Shown here: piece by piece, positions 55,710 through 64,000 of the stretch
Layout of the letters: every line of letters starts with the position of its first letter
Position numbering within the stretch: the first letter of the stretch is position 1
IMG/VR virus record: IMGVR_UViG_3300037067_026376
Span: 1-64,000 of that record
DNA length: 64,000 nt
From: a virus
Taxonomy: Duplodnaviria > Caudoviricetes
Reading direction: 5' to 3' (one strand)
The notes under the pieces: model-generated
What the model was told of the DNA's origin: nothing
Databases searched by the model: none
The model's input: the letters and a program-made list of their open reading frames with translations, nothing else
Translations under genes and position numbers: made by a program

Positions 55710-56285
55710 ATGCTTACAGGTACGATGCTTGTTAATGGTTTAAATAAAGATAAAGATAGGAGAGAATTAGATTATTACCCTACTCCTCCACAGGTTACTG
55801 CTGCTTTATTAGAATATCTTAATAAATTATATGAATTATCTACTATGACTTGTATTGAACCCGCCTGTGGTACTGGTGAAATGGTAAAGATTTTAGAAAA
55901 ATATTTCCTTCGAGTACAATCCTCGGACATTATCCTTGAATGTTATGGGGTGGGAGATACAGACTATTTAACAACTCCTTATCCAGGATCTGAAAATACT
56001 GCGTTGATAACAAATCCCCCTTTTAAACATTCAGAAGCATTTATCAGGAAAGCTATTGCTGAAAAACATTTTATCACAGCAATGTTATTAAAAAGTCAAT
56101 ATTGGCACTCTAGGAAAAGATATTCCTTGTTTATGGATACAAATCCTGCTTATATATTACCTCTTACTTGGAGACCTGATTTTTATTTCAGTAAAAAAGG
56201 GAGCTCTCCTACTATGGAAGTTATATGGACGGTATGGGTTAATGCGCCTCATGATAATTGTATATATCACCCTCTTATTAGATAA
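55710..56285 (+). CDS. Amino-type DNA methyltransferase
   Basis: DYYPTP, IEPACGTG, ITNPPF. Confidence 0.8.
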   Translation: MLTGTMLVNGLNKDKDRRELDYYPTPPQVTAALLEYLNKLYELSTMTCIEPACGTGEMVKILEKYFLRVQSSDIILECYGVGDTDYLTTPYPGSENTALITNPPFKHSEAFIRKAIAEKHFITAMLLKSQYWHSRKRYSLFMDTNPAYILPLTWRPDFYFSKKGSSPTMEVIWTVWVNAPHDNCIYHPLIR

Positions 56286-56372
56286 ATCTCTCTATTAGAA
56301 ACCATCATTCCTTTAAAATTTTACAATATTTTTTTCTAGGGTCTTTTTCTATAAAATTCCGATATATAGATA

Positions 56373-56600
56373 ATGAGAAGAGTTAAAAAACCTAAAATGG
56401 GAGAATATGTACTTGTGACGAAATATAGTGACAAGGACCCTATGGACCCATGGTATATAAGCTTTGTCGACGGTATTATATACAAAAATGATAAAATATA
56501 TTATACCGTAGAGGATTCCTCCAGGTTATGGCCATGTTGCTTCAGAATAAGCAGGGGTGAAGCTTCCGCCTGGTTCGCAAGAAATGGAGTAATGACATGA
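56373..56600 (+). CDS. Conserved hypothetical phage protein
   Basis: GEYVLVTKYSDKDPMDPW motif. Confidence 0.6.
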   Translation: MRRVKKPKMGEYVLVTKYSDKDPMDPWYISFVDGIIYKNDKIYYTVEDSSRLWPCCFRISRGEASAWFARNGVMT

Positions 56601-56911
56601 ATATAGGATTATTGGATGTGGATGGGAAAAGATTCCCGAACCTGGCGTTGATGCGGATATCAGCATATCATAAAACTATAGGAGATTCCGTTGCGTTTGT
56701 AAGAGATGGCGGAGCCTATGATGTTGTATATAAGAGCAAAGTATTTACTTTCTCTAAAGAACCTGTTATCAATATTATTGCGGATTCTATCTATCAAGGA
56801 GGCACAGGGTACGATTTATCTTCTAAGTTGCCCTCTTACCAGATAAATAATATGTTTTCTCCCTATCACAGAACTTTTTCCTTCATAAAATTTTCCAATA
56901 ATTTTTCTTAG
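56597..56911 (+). pseudogene. Truncated N-terminal fragment of a radical-SAM-associated phage protein
   Basis: IGLLDVDG..FPNLALMRISAYHK...SKVFTFS...GGTGYD; stops before any CxxxCxxC. Confidence 0.65.
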
Positions 56912-56957
56912 GGTATTTTTCTGATTTATTCCGATATATAAGTAAAAGGTAGAAAAT

Positions 56958-57449
56958 ATGAAATTATTGAAGAAATGGCGTCAGGATTGGAGGATAAAGT
57001 TCAAGGCCCGGATTCGTAAGGAATATAGAAAGAAATTCGAGAAGAAGCTAAGAGAGGAGATGCTCGTAATAAGCGATTCCCGTGATGCCGCGATAGCTCT
57101 GAAGGATAAGGAGATTAGTGAACTGCATCTGCATTATAAGCGGGAAATTGAGATAGTAAGGACACAAGAGGCGAATAAATGGAAAACTCTCCTGGAGGAA
57201 AGGGATTCCGAAATACATAGATTAAGAAAAGAAAAGGAAGAACGCAGAGAAGCTATTTTAAAATTTGAACAGATGGTGCAGGACTTTGAAACAAGCTATA
57301 CCAGCACCAGGGTTAAGATCGGGGCCGCGGGCGAGTACGTTAAGAAGGCCGAGCAGAGCCTGTTAAGCAGTTCCGGGGAGTGGGATTCCTTCACGAATAT
57401 ATACAGGAAACAATTCCCAAAGATACAGGAACAATTAAAGGAGAATTAA
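56958..57449 (+). CDS. Coiled-coil hypothetical protein
   Basis: Heptad-rich, charged. Confidence 0.55.
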   Translation: MKLLKKWRQDWRIKFKARIRKEYRKKFEKKLREEMLVISDSRDAAIALKDKEISELHLHYKREIEIVRTQEANKWKTLLEERDSEIHRLRKEKEERREAILKFEQMVQDFETSYTSTRVKIGAAGEYVKKAEQSLLSSSGEWDSFTNIYRKQFPKIQEQLKEN

Positions 57450-57463
57450 AGGAGGCGTCCATA

Positions 57464-57592
57464 ATGAAACAATCCGTAAAAGAATACGTCACAGGATTAA
57501 TCTTTCTCTTGATCATACTTTTTATGGCATTTATTTTTTATTACTGGGTGGTATGGAGATTGATAATTATCGGCATTTTAAATTTAATGTGA
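57464..57592 (+). CDS. Small TM protein
   Basis: AGGAGG RBS; hydrophobic. Confidence 0.5.
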   Translation: MKQSVKEYVTGLIFLLIILFMAFIFYYWVVWRLIIIGILNLM

Positions 57593-57598
57593 GGAACG

Positions 57599-57826
57599 AT
57601 GGGAAATAATAGATTCTGGACAGAGGAAAGATTGATGATCGCGAGGGAGATATATCTCTTGCCTCGGGTAACGGAACATATCGTAGCTGTAACCGAGTTT
57701 AGAAAAAGAGGGATAAAAATTACCGCGGCAGCGGCTCAGGCTTTGTCGAACAGGAAAGAGTTTAATATTAAAAAGCCGTATATATTAAGGGGCAAACCGT
57801 CGCGGGACAGGAGCATAAAGAAATAA
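57599..57826 (+). CDS. Small basic hypothetical protein, possibly HTH
   Basis: FWTEERL start. Confidence 0.45.
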   Translation: MGNNRFWTEERLMIAREIYLLPRVTEHIVAVTEFRKRGIKITAAAAQALSNRKEFNIKKPYILRGKPSRDRSIKK

Positions 57827-57907
57827 TGTTGGTAGTTCACTAATATTTGTATTATCTTTAATCTTTTGTCTCTTAGCATTGCGGGCTATATTATTCAGGA
57901 AAATAGA

Positions 57908-57936
57908 TTGATTATTCATTCGTAGCATTGTATTAT
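57908..57936 (+). promoter_or_regulatory. Sigma70-like promoter for tRNA-Ser
   Basis: TTGATT-N17-TATTAT. Confidence 0.5.
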
Positions 57937-57947
57937 AACCGCAGCAT

Positions 57948-58031
57948 GGAGGTAATCCGGTTGGTTTTAGGGGCTTGTCTTGAAAACAAGTGGTCAGAAA
58001 TGGCTCGGGAGTTCGATTCTCTCTGCCTCCG
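57948..58031 (+). tRNA. tRNA-Ser(UGA)
   Basis: GGAGGUA/UGCCUCC acceptor stem, G discriminator, CUUGU-CU-UGA-AA-ACAAG anticodon arm, long variable arm, T arm GGGAG-UUCGAUU-CUCUC. Confidence 0.9.
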
Positions 58032-58161
58032 TAGAACAGCCCCGTAGAAAATGGGGTTTCCGTGAAGTAAAAAAACTTGACTCGATAATGTTTTAATGTT
58101 AAAGACTGCACACGCGCAGTCTTTTTTTTATTATCATAGATATAAACGGAGGAATATAAAG

Positions 58162-58332
58162 ATGGCAAATACAAAGAAGCGTCTCGGTTTTAAAGCTGTA
58201 GCCAAAAAGATAGCGGGGGAACAAGGAATATCCATGAAAGGGGCCAACGCGATATTGGCTTCGTCCTCACGCAACGCGAGTAAAGCGGCGAAGCGTAAAA
58301 ACCCAAGACTTAAAAAAGTTCGCGGGCGTTAA
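58162..58332 (+). CDS. Small highly basic protein (56 aa)
   Basis: GGAGG RBS; GFKAVAKKIA...AILASSSR.AS.AAKRKNPRLKKV. Confidence 0.7.
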   Translation: MANTKKRLGFKAVAKKIAGEQGISMKGANAILASSSRNASKAAKRKNPRLKKVRGR

Positions 58333-58363
58333 AAATATAAAATAAAAAAAAGAGAGAGTAAAA

Positions 58364-58870
58364 TTGGCAAGGAAAGGAAACACGCCGGTTGTATCCGGGC
58401 CCGGTGGAGGTCTCCCCGGATCAGGACGCACACCCAAGGCCCTCATGTTTAAAAATTATCCCCAGGCGATAGCTAAACTTGATGAGGGTATATTACCCGC
58501 GATACAAGTGCTTATCGATGGATTAAAAGCGACTACTAATGTTTATAGCAAAGACGGCACTCTGGTAGAAGCTAATGTTCCTGATAAATGGTATAGGATG
58601 AATTGTGCGGTACAGTTGCTGAAGAAAGCCATTCCGGATAAGAAGATAAAGGAAATTACCGGCGCTGAGGGCGGACCCATAGAAGTAAATGTGAATAAAA
58701 GAGAGACTGTATTTAATATATTACAGGTGCTTGAGAGTAAATCATTAGAGGAGTTAAGGCAGGAAATAGAAGATGGAAATTTCCAATTATCTGAACCTGA
58801 CGGAAGAGCAGCGATTACAACGGAGGCAACAGTGGAAGGAGAGACAGTCAAAGAAGAAGAAGGGAATTGA
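58364..58870 (+). CDS. Terminase small subunit (putative)
   Basis: Directly upstream of TerL; EITGAEGGPIEVN motif typical of TerS C-termini. Confidence 0.65.
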   Translation: MARKGNTPVVSGPGGGLPGSGRTPKALMFKNYPQAIAKLDEGILPAIQVLIDGLKATTNVYSKDGTLVEANVPDKWYRMNCAVQLLKKAIPDKKIKEITGAEGGPIEVNVNKRETVFNILQVLESKSLEELRQEIEDGNFQLSEPDGRAAITTEATVEGETVKEEEGN

Positions 58871-60395
58871 TCCCGAGCAGGAACACGCCAGAGACAGAGC
58901 TTTAAAAGCCCTGTTTTTAATAAAACAGCATCTTAATAAAGAGATAACGCTTTCTCAGACTGAAATAACTACTCTCTGTGCTGTCGTAGTGGAGAGAAGT
59001 TCCGATTTATTTTTCTTTGCTAAACATGTCCTGGAATTTAATCTTCTTACGGAACAAACTCATAAGAGATGGGCGGATGATCTTATCACTGCGGTAAAGA
59101 AGGGAAAAAAAAGAGTAATGAGGCTGAAGCCCCGGGCGACGTACAAGTCTACCTTATATGGGATATCTTTTGTTCTGTGGATATGGGGGTATATCTCTCC
59201 TCAAGTTAGAATATTTTACACATCTTCTAATAAACTTCTTCTTGATGAAATTGCAGATTCTTTGAGTTCTTATGTAGGTACGGATAAAAACGAAACGTTA
59301 TATTCTTTTATTTTTGGGGTTGTCAGAGACGACTCTGCTAAAAATACTTCAGACGTATTTAATCTTCGCGGGAGGAAAGGAAAAGGATTTTCTCTTATTT
59401 TAAGAACTTCCGGAAGCTCTACTGTTGGTGTTCATCCGAATATAATAATTATTGATGACCCCTTGAACGAAGAAGACCGTAATCATGAATTGGAGAGAAC
59501 AAATAAGGAGAGGTGGTTTGATACTCTTAACCCTCTTATCGTACCCTTTTATGATGAGAAGAATGACATAACTTTTGAATCTCTTTATTATATAGGAACG
59601 CGCTGGCATCTTAGAGATCTAGTGTGGTACATAATGGAGAAACTGGTCAAGGAGAAAAAACAGGAATGGGATATAGAATCTGAATCTATTATAGGGTCTG
59701 ATGGTCATTCCTTCTATCCGGAATTATTCACAGATAAGCAGATACTGGAATTAAAAGGAACGATGTCGGAAATATTTTGGAGTTGCCAATATTTGAACTC
59801 TCCGTTGTCCGAAGGTTTACAAACTTTCGATTTAAAACGTCTTACCTTTGTTCGCCCTTCTCAGTTTAAAGAAGTATTCAGATACGGCCAGATCATCTGT
59901 GGATTTGACCCCAGCTTAGGTAAAAAACATAGTGACTTTCCCGCGGTATGGTGGGCGCATTATTATAATGACACCATAACTTTCTTTGATAACATAGATG
60001 AAAAAGTGGAATTGACGCTTCTTATACATCAGATCGCGGCGAAGAATAAATTATATCGCTGTCGGAAAATGGTGTATGAAAATAATGGCGTTACCCTAGT
60101 GGAAAAGGCCATTAAAGATGCTCATGCCAGATTGAACTGGAGAATAGATATTGACCCCGTACACCACGGTAGCGATAGCAATAAAAACGAAAGAATTGTT
60201 TCCACGCAGCCTGATTTATATTCCGGGTATGTACGGTTCCTGTCTGATTACGAGCGCAGGTACCCCGAGGCGATGAACCAGATAGTATTTTATGGCGCTT
60301 ATGGCAATGATGACTATCCGGACTGCATGGAGATGATAATATCTTATTTTAGGCGTCCTCATTTTGAATTTACAAGATATTCCGGAGCATTATAA
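58773..60395 (+). CDS. Terminase large subunit
   Basis: Walker A-like PRATYKST, Walker B IIIDDP, GTRWH, nuclease DPS...SDF and DDYPD. Confidence 0.9.
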   Translation: MEISNYLNLTEEQRLQRRQQWKERQSKKKKGIDPEQEHARDRALKALFLIKQHLNKEITLSQTEITTLCAVVVERSSDLFFFAKHVLEFNLLTEQTHKRWADDLITAVKKGKKRVMRLKPRATYKSTLYGISFVLWIWGYISPQVRIFYTSSNKLLLDEIADSLSSYVGTDKNETLYSFIFGVVRDDSAKNTSDVFNLRGRKGKGFSLILRTSGSSTVGVHPNIIIIDDPLNEEDRNHELERTNKERWFDTLNPLIVPFYDEKNDITFESLYYIGTRWHLRDLVWYIMEKLVKEKKQEWDIESESIIGSDGHSFYPELFTDKQILELKGTMSEIFWSCQYLNSPLSEGLQTFDLKRLTFVRPSQFKEVFRYGQIICGFDPSLGKKHSDFPAVWWAHYYNDTITFFDNIDEKVELTLLIHQIAAKNKLYRCRKMVYENNGVTLVEKAIKDAHARLNWRIDIDPVHHGSDSNKNERIVSTQPDLYSGYVRFLSDYERRYPEAMNQIVFYGAYGNDDYPDCMEMIISYFRRPHFEFTRYSGAL

Positions 60396-60403
60396 ATAAT
60401 TGC

Positions 60404-60432
60404 TTGACTTTAAAATGGGTTAAATATATAGA
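60404..60432 (+). promoter_or_regulatory. Sigma70-like promoter upstream of portal
   Basis: TTGACT-N17-TATAGA. Confidence 0.45.
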
Positions 60433-60579
60433 TTAAGTATAGCGCTTTTAGCGCTAATTTTTGACTCTCTTTCAAAAATTTACTCTCTTTGTTGTTTATT
60501 TTTCGAAAGTCAACCGCGATAAGGTACAGTTCGCTTGCTCGGCGATAAGAGCGCTTTAAATAAAAAGAAGTGATAATAG

Positions 60580-62037
60580 ATGGCGACTGATACCAATTTA
60601 ATAATTTTTAATCAAAGACATCCTGAATTAAAAAATAAACAAGATAATTGGAAGCTTATTTACGATAGTTATATCGGCGGTTTACAATTCAAGAATGGTA
60701 ATTATCTTATTCAATATCCCAAAGAAAGTAACGGATCGTTCGCTAAGAGAAAAGAAAGGGCGGTTTATCCCAATCAGATGTCTCCGGTAGTGGATATGCT
60801 TAGCGGCCTTTTATTTCTAAATGAACCCATACGCACGATTCCGAAAGAACTTAATTATCTCCTCGATCAGGTTTCGGGAAAGAAAAAACTTAATGAGTTT
60901 ATGAGGATTGTTGCCGCCCATTCCTTTATGTTTACCTGCGGCATCCTTGTAGATTCTCCCGATTTTAATCCCGATATAATTCGCACAAAAAAAGACAGGC
61001 TTGATAATGGAGTAAATCCTTACGCAATTTTGTATCTTCCTTTTAAGATAAGGGATTTCGATATAAATTCTCATGATGGAGAACTGAATTGGGTGATCCT
61101 TGATAATTCATATCGAAGCCATCCCGATCCATTTGCCGTGGGCAAAGATATCGTTAAATATACGTTATGGACGAGAGAATATTGTCAGCATTTTATTTTA
61201 GTCGATAATAAAGCTGTTGTGCCGGAGGAACCGCGCCCGCATAAAATAGGTTATGTTCCTTTTAATTTCATAAGCTGGCGTGACGACAATAACGACTTCA
61301 TAGGAGAAACCGTTTGTGAAGACATTGCTATGATTTGCAAACTTATATATAACAATATGAGTTATATGGACGAGATGCTGGCATCGGGTACATTTAAAAT
61401 GTTGGTTTATCCCAGCAAAGACGGCAAGGCTCCGGTTAGTCTTATCAATGGCGGAGTCGGCCCGTTGTCTATTATTCCTGTCGACATAGATGCGAAATTT
61501 TCTCCGGGTTTTATTGGGGCGAATCTTACAGAGATAGATCCCTTTATCAATGCCATAGAATTTTATATGTCCGAGGTAATGAAAAAAGTAGGGTTATCCA
61601 CAGATGAAACGAAAGAGTTTGTCAAGTCCGGAGTCGCCAAAGAAATAGATTTTCAGAAGATGAGGGCGTTGCTTCAATCCGGAGCGCTGATGATGGGAAG
61701 GGCAGAGGAATGGATATTCCGGACTGCTTCAAGGTGGGAAAACAGAACTATAAAAGGAAACGCGATCAAATCTGAATACACTTCTGCTTTTTCTTCAAAG
61801 GATTTGCAAACGGAAGTCACGATGCTTAACGAACTCTTAATGCACCCCGTTAAGAGATTACAACAGGAGACGTTAAAACTTCTCGTAAAAAAACAGTTGG
61901 CGAATGATTTAAAGCCTGATATATTACAATTGATCTATGATGAAATAGATAAGAGTAAAACGATAATTGAGAATAAAGTAGATGTAATGTCCGCTTCATC
62001 AGTTATCAAAGAAGAGAATCAAAATAACAAGAAATAG
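60580..62037 (+). CDS. Portal protein
   Basis: Follows TerL; HPEL...W..IYDSYIGG, YPKES...R..RAVY, GYVPF and KSGVAK motifs. Confidence 0.85.
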   Translation: MATDTNLIIFNQRHPELKNKQDNWKLIYDSYIGGLQFKNGNYLIQYPKESNGSFAKRKERAVYPNQMSPVVDMLSGLLFLNEPIRTIPKELNYLLDQVSGKKKLNEFMRIVAAHSFMFTCGILVDSPDFNPDIIRTKKDRLDNGVNPYAILYLPFKIRDFDINSHDGELNWVILDNSYRSHPDPFAVGKDIVKYTLWTREYCQHFILVDNKAVVPEEPRPHKIGYVPFNFISWRDDNNDFIGETVCEDIAMICKLIYNNMSYMDEMLASGTFKMLVYPSKDGKAPVSLINGGVGPLSIIPVDIDAKFSPGFIGANLTEIDPFINAIEFYMSEVMKKVGLSTDETKEFVKSGVAKEIDFQKMRALLQSGALMMGRAEEWIFRTASRWENRTIKGNAIKSEYTSAFSSKDLQTEVTMLNELLMHPVKRLQQETLKLLVKKQLANDLKPDILQLIYDEIDKSKTIIENKVDVMSASSVIKEENQNNKK

Positions 62038-62045
62038 GAGAGTTT

Positions 62046-62888
62046 ATGAGAGTTAAGAATTTCAGATTTTTTCAGCAGTTATTAAATTTATTTTTCTTTG
62101 TAAGGTGTTGGGCTGAAGATCCAAATAATCCAGGAGGCGGCGGAGGAGGAGATGAACTTAAATTTAGCGGAAAATTTGCGGAGATTCCAGATCCAAAGTC
62201 AGGGAATAAAATAAAAGTTCCGGAGGAAATTGCTGCATCCATTAAAGAGATAATTGGTCATTCCATCGCCACGACAAGGGAAAAGGTAAAAGAGGAATTT
62301 AATCCTTTATTGGAGAGCCTTAAAAGTGATAACGCGGATTTGAATAAGATCCGGGAGGAGTATGATAAATTAAAAGAAGCTAGCATGACAGCGGAGCAGA
62401 GGGCAGAAGCCAATGCGGCAAAAGCGATCAAAGAACACGAGAAGGCCGCGAATTCAGCAAGAGAAGACTTGAAGAAATGGAAAAGCTTATTTGAAAAATC
62501 AACGATAAGAACTGATATTTTCAGCGCTTTCGGGGATGCGAAGTTATTTAACCCGGGGCAGGTATCCTTACTTTTTGAAAGCGAAGGGAAGGCTAAAATA
62601 TCCGAAAAAGTAGATGGCGAAGGAAAGCCTACGGGAGAATTTGAAACTATAGTTACCCTAACACTTGAGGATAAAGACGGTAAGCCTGAAGTGGTAGAAG
62701 GCACTCCGGGAGAGTTATTTAAGAGATGGATCGAACTTGAACGTAATTTTTATCTGCGTCAGGTAGATTTGTCCCCGGGCGGAGGATCACCTCCGGCGAA
62801 CAAGGGGAATTATGGAAGGGTGGAGTGGGATAAATTGAAACCTTCCGATAGATTAACAAAAGCAAGAGAACAAGGTGTTAAGAGATAA
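62046..62888 (+). CDS. Capsid scaffolding protein
   Basis: Charged coiled coil between portal and MCP; PGGGS tail. Confidence 0.7.
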   Translation: MRVKNFRFFQQLLNLFFFVRCWAEDPNNPGGGGGGDELKFSGKFAEIPDPKSGNKIKVPEEIAASIKEIIGHSIATTREKVKEEFNPLLESLKSDNADLNKIREEYDKLKEASMTAEQRAEANAAKAIKEHEKAANSAREDLKKWKSLFEKSTIRTDIFSAFGDAKLFNPGQVSLLFESEGKAKISEKVDGEGKPTGEFETIVTLTLEDKDGKPEVVEGTPGELFKRWIELERNFYLRQVDLSPGGGSPPANKGNYGRVEWDKLKPSDRLTKAREQGVKR

Positions 62889-62942
62889 ATAGATAAGAGA
62901 GAGTCGAAATAAATCTTTTGTTGCCATCAGGAGGAAATTGAT

Positions 62943-63875
62943 ATGGCATTAACATTAGTAGAAGCTGCGAAGATTTATTCAGGAGATCCGATTCGTTCCG
63001 CTATTATAGAAATGTTCGCTTCATCTTCAGATCTTCTTAGGGAACTCCCTATCGAGACTATTGAAGGTACGGCCATGAGATACAATAGGGAGGAAACTCT
63101 TCCTGGTATCGGATTCAGGGGCGTAAATGAAGCCTTTACGGAAGGGACGGGTATTATTAATCCAATGACGGAACCGCTGGTTATTGCCGGTGGAGACTTG
63201 GATGTTGACAGGTTTATCGTCCAGAGAATGGGCGCGGGTATGCGTTCAACTCATGAGATGATGAAGGTAAAGGCTCTTGCCCTTAAATGGACAGAGACTT
63301 TTATAAAAGGAGATCAGACTTCAGAACCAAGAGAATTTGATGGTCTGCAGGTAAGATGTACAGGTAATCAACTTATTCCGAATGGCACTACCAACAACGG
63401 AGATCCGCTATCATTGGCGAAATTGGACGAGTTGATTGACGCTGTTGATAATCCTACTCATTTGCTTATGAGCAAAGCAATGAGGAGAAGGTTGTCTGCT
63501 GCTGCTCGTCTGTACAATGTTGGTGGATACGTTACTTATGAACTTGATGCTTTCGGCAGAAGGGTTACATATTACAACGATCTTCCTATTCTTATTGTTG
63601 ATAAAGATAACGAGAATAATGACATCTTACCCTTCACTGAAGTGTCGAACAATGCAAGCGCGGGAGCCAAAGCTACATCGATATACTGCGTAAGTTTTGG
63701 TGAAGGTATGTTTACCGGGATACAGGGCGGAGATATTGATGTAAGAGATCTCGGGGAAGTTGATGACTCACCGGTTTACAGAACAAGGGTGGAATGGGAT
63801 TGCGGTATCGCAATATTCCATGGCAGAGCTGCGGCGAGGTTATGGTCAATCTCTGACGCTGCGGTAGTGGTATAA
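62943..63875 (+). CDS. Major capsid protein
   Basis: MALTLVEAAK, FRGVNE, GGDLDVDRFIV, FIKGD...EFDGL, YRTRVEW. Confidence 0.88.
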   Translation: MALTLVEAAKIYSGDPIRSAIIEMFASSSDLLRELPIETIEGTAMRYNREETLPGIGFRGVNEAFTEGTGIINPMTEPLVIAGGDLDVDRFIVQRMGAGMRSTHEMMKVKALALKWTETFIKGDQTSEPREFDGLQVRCTGNQLIPNGTTNNGDPLSLAKLDELIDAVDNPTHLLMSKAMRRRLSAAARLYNVGGYVTYELDAFGRRVTYYNDLPILIVDKDNENNDILPFTEVSNNASAGAKATSIYCVSFGEGMFTGIQGGDIDVRDLGEVDDSPVYRTRVEWDCGIAIFHGRAAARLWSISDAAVVV

Positions 63876-63887
63876 GGGAGGAATGAC

Positions 63888-64000
63888 ATGAGTACAAACA
63901 GAAAAACAATGACTTATGATCATGCACTCTTATTGCATGACGGAGCAGTCGTTACCGGTAATGTTGCCGGTAACATCGCTGCGGTAGCTAAAGTGCTCGA
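63888..64000 (+). CDS. Head gene following MCP (possible decoration/cement protein), truncated by window end
   Basis: GGAGG RBS; MSTNRKTMTYDHALLLHDGAVV... Confidence 0.5.
   Translation, partial: MSTNRKTMTYDHALLLHDGAVVTGNVAGNIAAVAKVL

Larger units (their letters stand above)
56271..56940 (+). repeat. Diverged ~100-bp repeat pair (56271-56368, 56832-56940) ending in TTCCGATATATA
   Basis: Shared CCTCTTA..AGATAAAT, AAAATTTT.CAATA.TTTTTCT.AGGGT.TTTTTCT and TTCCGATATATA. Confidence 0.7.

Noticed and set aside
28435-60395. Inteins or introns in DnaE, helicase or TerL
   Set aside because: Motif spacing is continuous, and no intein termini or in-frame interruptions were seen.
3624-63927. Many short antisense ORFs in the track (e.g. 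5272-5502, 9344-9547, 14920-15156, 25227-25580, 41575-41874, 58543-58851, 62258-62704)
   Set aside because: They overlap well-supported genes on the opposite strand and lack RBS or motifs; treated as shadow ORFs.
1-64000. Diversity-generating retroelement, retron or integrase
   Set aside because: No reverse transcriptase motif, TR/VR pair or intact recombinase is visible in this window.

Overview
This is a 64-kb internal segment of a large, AT-rich dsDNA tailed phage genome; the host cannot be identified from the sequence. Layout: (1) 1-8211 (+): end of the late operon, with acidic virion-like proteins, an amidase lysis cassette and a cluster of 2 SAM methyltransferases and 3 glycosyltransferases. 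(2) 8215-46960 (-): nucleotide metabolism, recombination and replication genes (ThyX, an interrupted DNA methyltransferase, an IS607 tnpA remnant, split Rad50 plus Mre11, RuvC-like resolvase, RecA, gp32-like SSB, UvsY-like protein, DnaE-UDG fusion, DnaB, primase, SNF2 helicase, HNH/GIY-YIG nucleases). This arm also holds an ncRNA-rich island with initiator tRNA-Met and a Ro60/TROVE gene flanked by four Y-RNA-like genes. (3) 47010-54820 (-): an array of about 19 mostly small genes, nearly all separated by one of 16 copies of an 80-89 bp double-hairpin element whose structure is conserved while its stem sequence varies. (4) 54830-55700: a repeat-rich non-coding divergence zone. (5) 55710-64000 (+): accessory genes, tRNA-Ser, then TerS-like, TerL, portal, scaffold, major capsid protein and the start of the next head gene. 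Best novelty candidates: the hairpin-delimited cassette array, the Ro60 + 4 Y RNA locus, a possible 10-nt ribosomal stop-hop in the DNA methyltransferase, and a 168-nt tRNA-mimic RNA. Product calls come from motif recognition by eye; no database searches were run.
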